DNA from: Anolis carolinensis
Taxonomy: Eukaryota
NCBI RefSeq assembly: GCF_035594765.1
Contig: NC_085846.1
Location: 20,695,190 to 20,759,189 of the forward strand
Direction: 5' to 3'
Length of the DNA: 64,000 nucleotides
Shown here: positions 63,016-64,000 of the stretch, one piece after another
How positions within the stretch are numbered: position 1 is the first letter of the stretch
Layout of the letters: each line of letters opens with the position of its first letter
Notes under the pieces: model-generated
The model's database searches: none
Told to the model about the DNA's origin: nothing
Seen by the model: only the letters and a program-made list of their open reading frames with translations
Program-made: the position numbers and the translations under genes

Positions 63016-64000
63016 TGTAAATAAATAGTTTTAGTTTTAGTGTGTGTATTATTAGCACCTGATGATTTGGTTACTAATAGGGAAGTCTGAATTTTGGTTT
63101 GATTTGGAGATCTTGAGAATAGGAAATATAGCAACTAGTTGTTTAAAAAGAAGTCAAAAGCACCTCAATGGGCTCATCTATATGGGACTAATGTGCTCGG
63201 TGTGTGTTTGATCCTCCACTTTTGGTAGGAATCATAGCTTTATCTGGTTTAACCTTACATTAAGAGAAGTCAGGAGATACTACAGACTTTGCCTGAAGTT
63301 TTAGCAATCCCATGGCTTTGGTGCAGTGTAGATAGAAGGAGCAGATTGAATTTGACCAGTCTCCAGTCCACACTATGAATTGCCATCATGAGCAATCGCT
63401 TTAACTTCCATGTGACTTTCACTATCCCAGATGACTTTAAATATGATATCCCCTCCTCCAGCTTTCCTGGTTGTATGGACACCTCTACTGATGTGAGCAA
63501 GAAGTGTCTGCAGAAACCACGAGTTCACATGGAGCTTTGTGGTCATATTGAAGAGCAAAGGCCACATACATGGCAAAGTCGGCAACTGATGTTGTTTCGG
63601 CCCCACAAGACTGGCTAGATACCAATCTGCAGATTCAAGGCCAGTTTGGGGCATTTCTATTCAACTATTTCAGGATTAACTGGCCAGTGTAGATGAGGAC
63701 ATTAACACCCAGTAAATGCTGAGTTCACTTGGTTCAGAGTGGGTTAGAGAGATGGAAAATCTAAATCACATGCTAACTCTTGATCCTGGTTAATTTATCT
63801 AGAATGGACCTGCATGTAGTTTGAAACCTTATCAAATGGTTTTTAGGAAGCTTGTCTTCCAGATTAAACCTGTTCCGTCTCCCAGAGGTTTGGTTTGCAT
63901 TTTTCCATAGCTGTAGAAAATAGCACCTGTTTGCATTTGCTCCAGGGTTGCTGCAGATTCTGCAGCAGTCTGATAGTTAGGATATTAGCAGAGTTTGTAG

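Overview
Vertebrate genomic DNA, almost certainly a squamate and probably an anole, judged from the Sauria SINEs, Anolis-SINE2-like, RTE, Vingi, CR1, L2, Helitron and MITE repeats. The window is part of a class II olfactory receptor (OR) cluster with eight OR loci. Four are OR8S1-like (1-867 +, partial; 7176-8129 -; 15669-16610 +; 21706-22647 +), two are OR13G1-like (29897-30841 +; 38329-39264 +), one is OR6F1-like (51739-52698 -), and one is OR11L1/11A-like with a +1 homopolymer frameshift and apparently a spliced N-terminus (56950-58273 -). Family names come from recalled mammalian sequences and need a database check. The rest is AT-rich intergenic or intronic DNA with many transposons, several with recognisable target-site duplications (TSDs), plus two N gaps. 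The most interesting signals are: (1) a candidate Greek-island-like OR enhancer with a TAATGA-N-TCCC Lhx2/Ebf composite motif in the promoter-free gap between convergent ORs; (2) shared O/E-site promoter blocks; (3) an OR13G/OR6F/OR11L gene order that recalls human 1q44; (4) paired loss of an ECL2 disulfide in one OR; (5) an in-frame upstream coding exon in another. All analysis was by eye, with no searches run.
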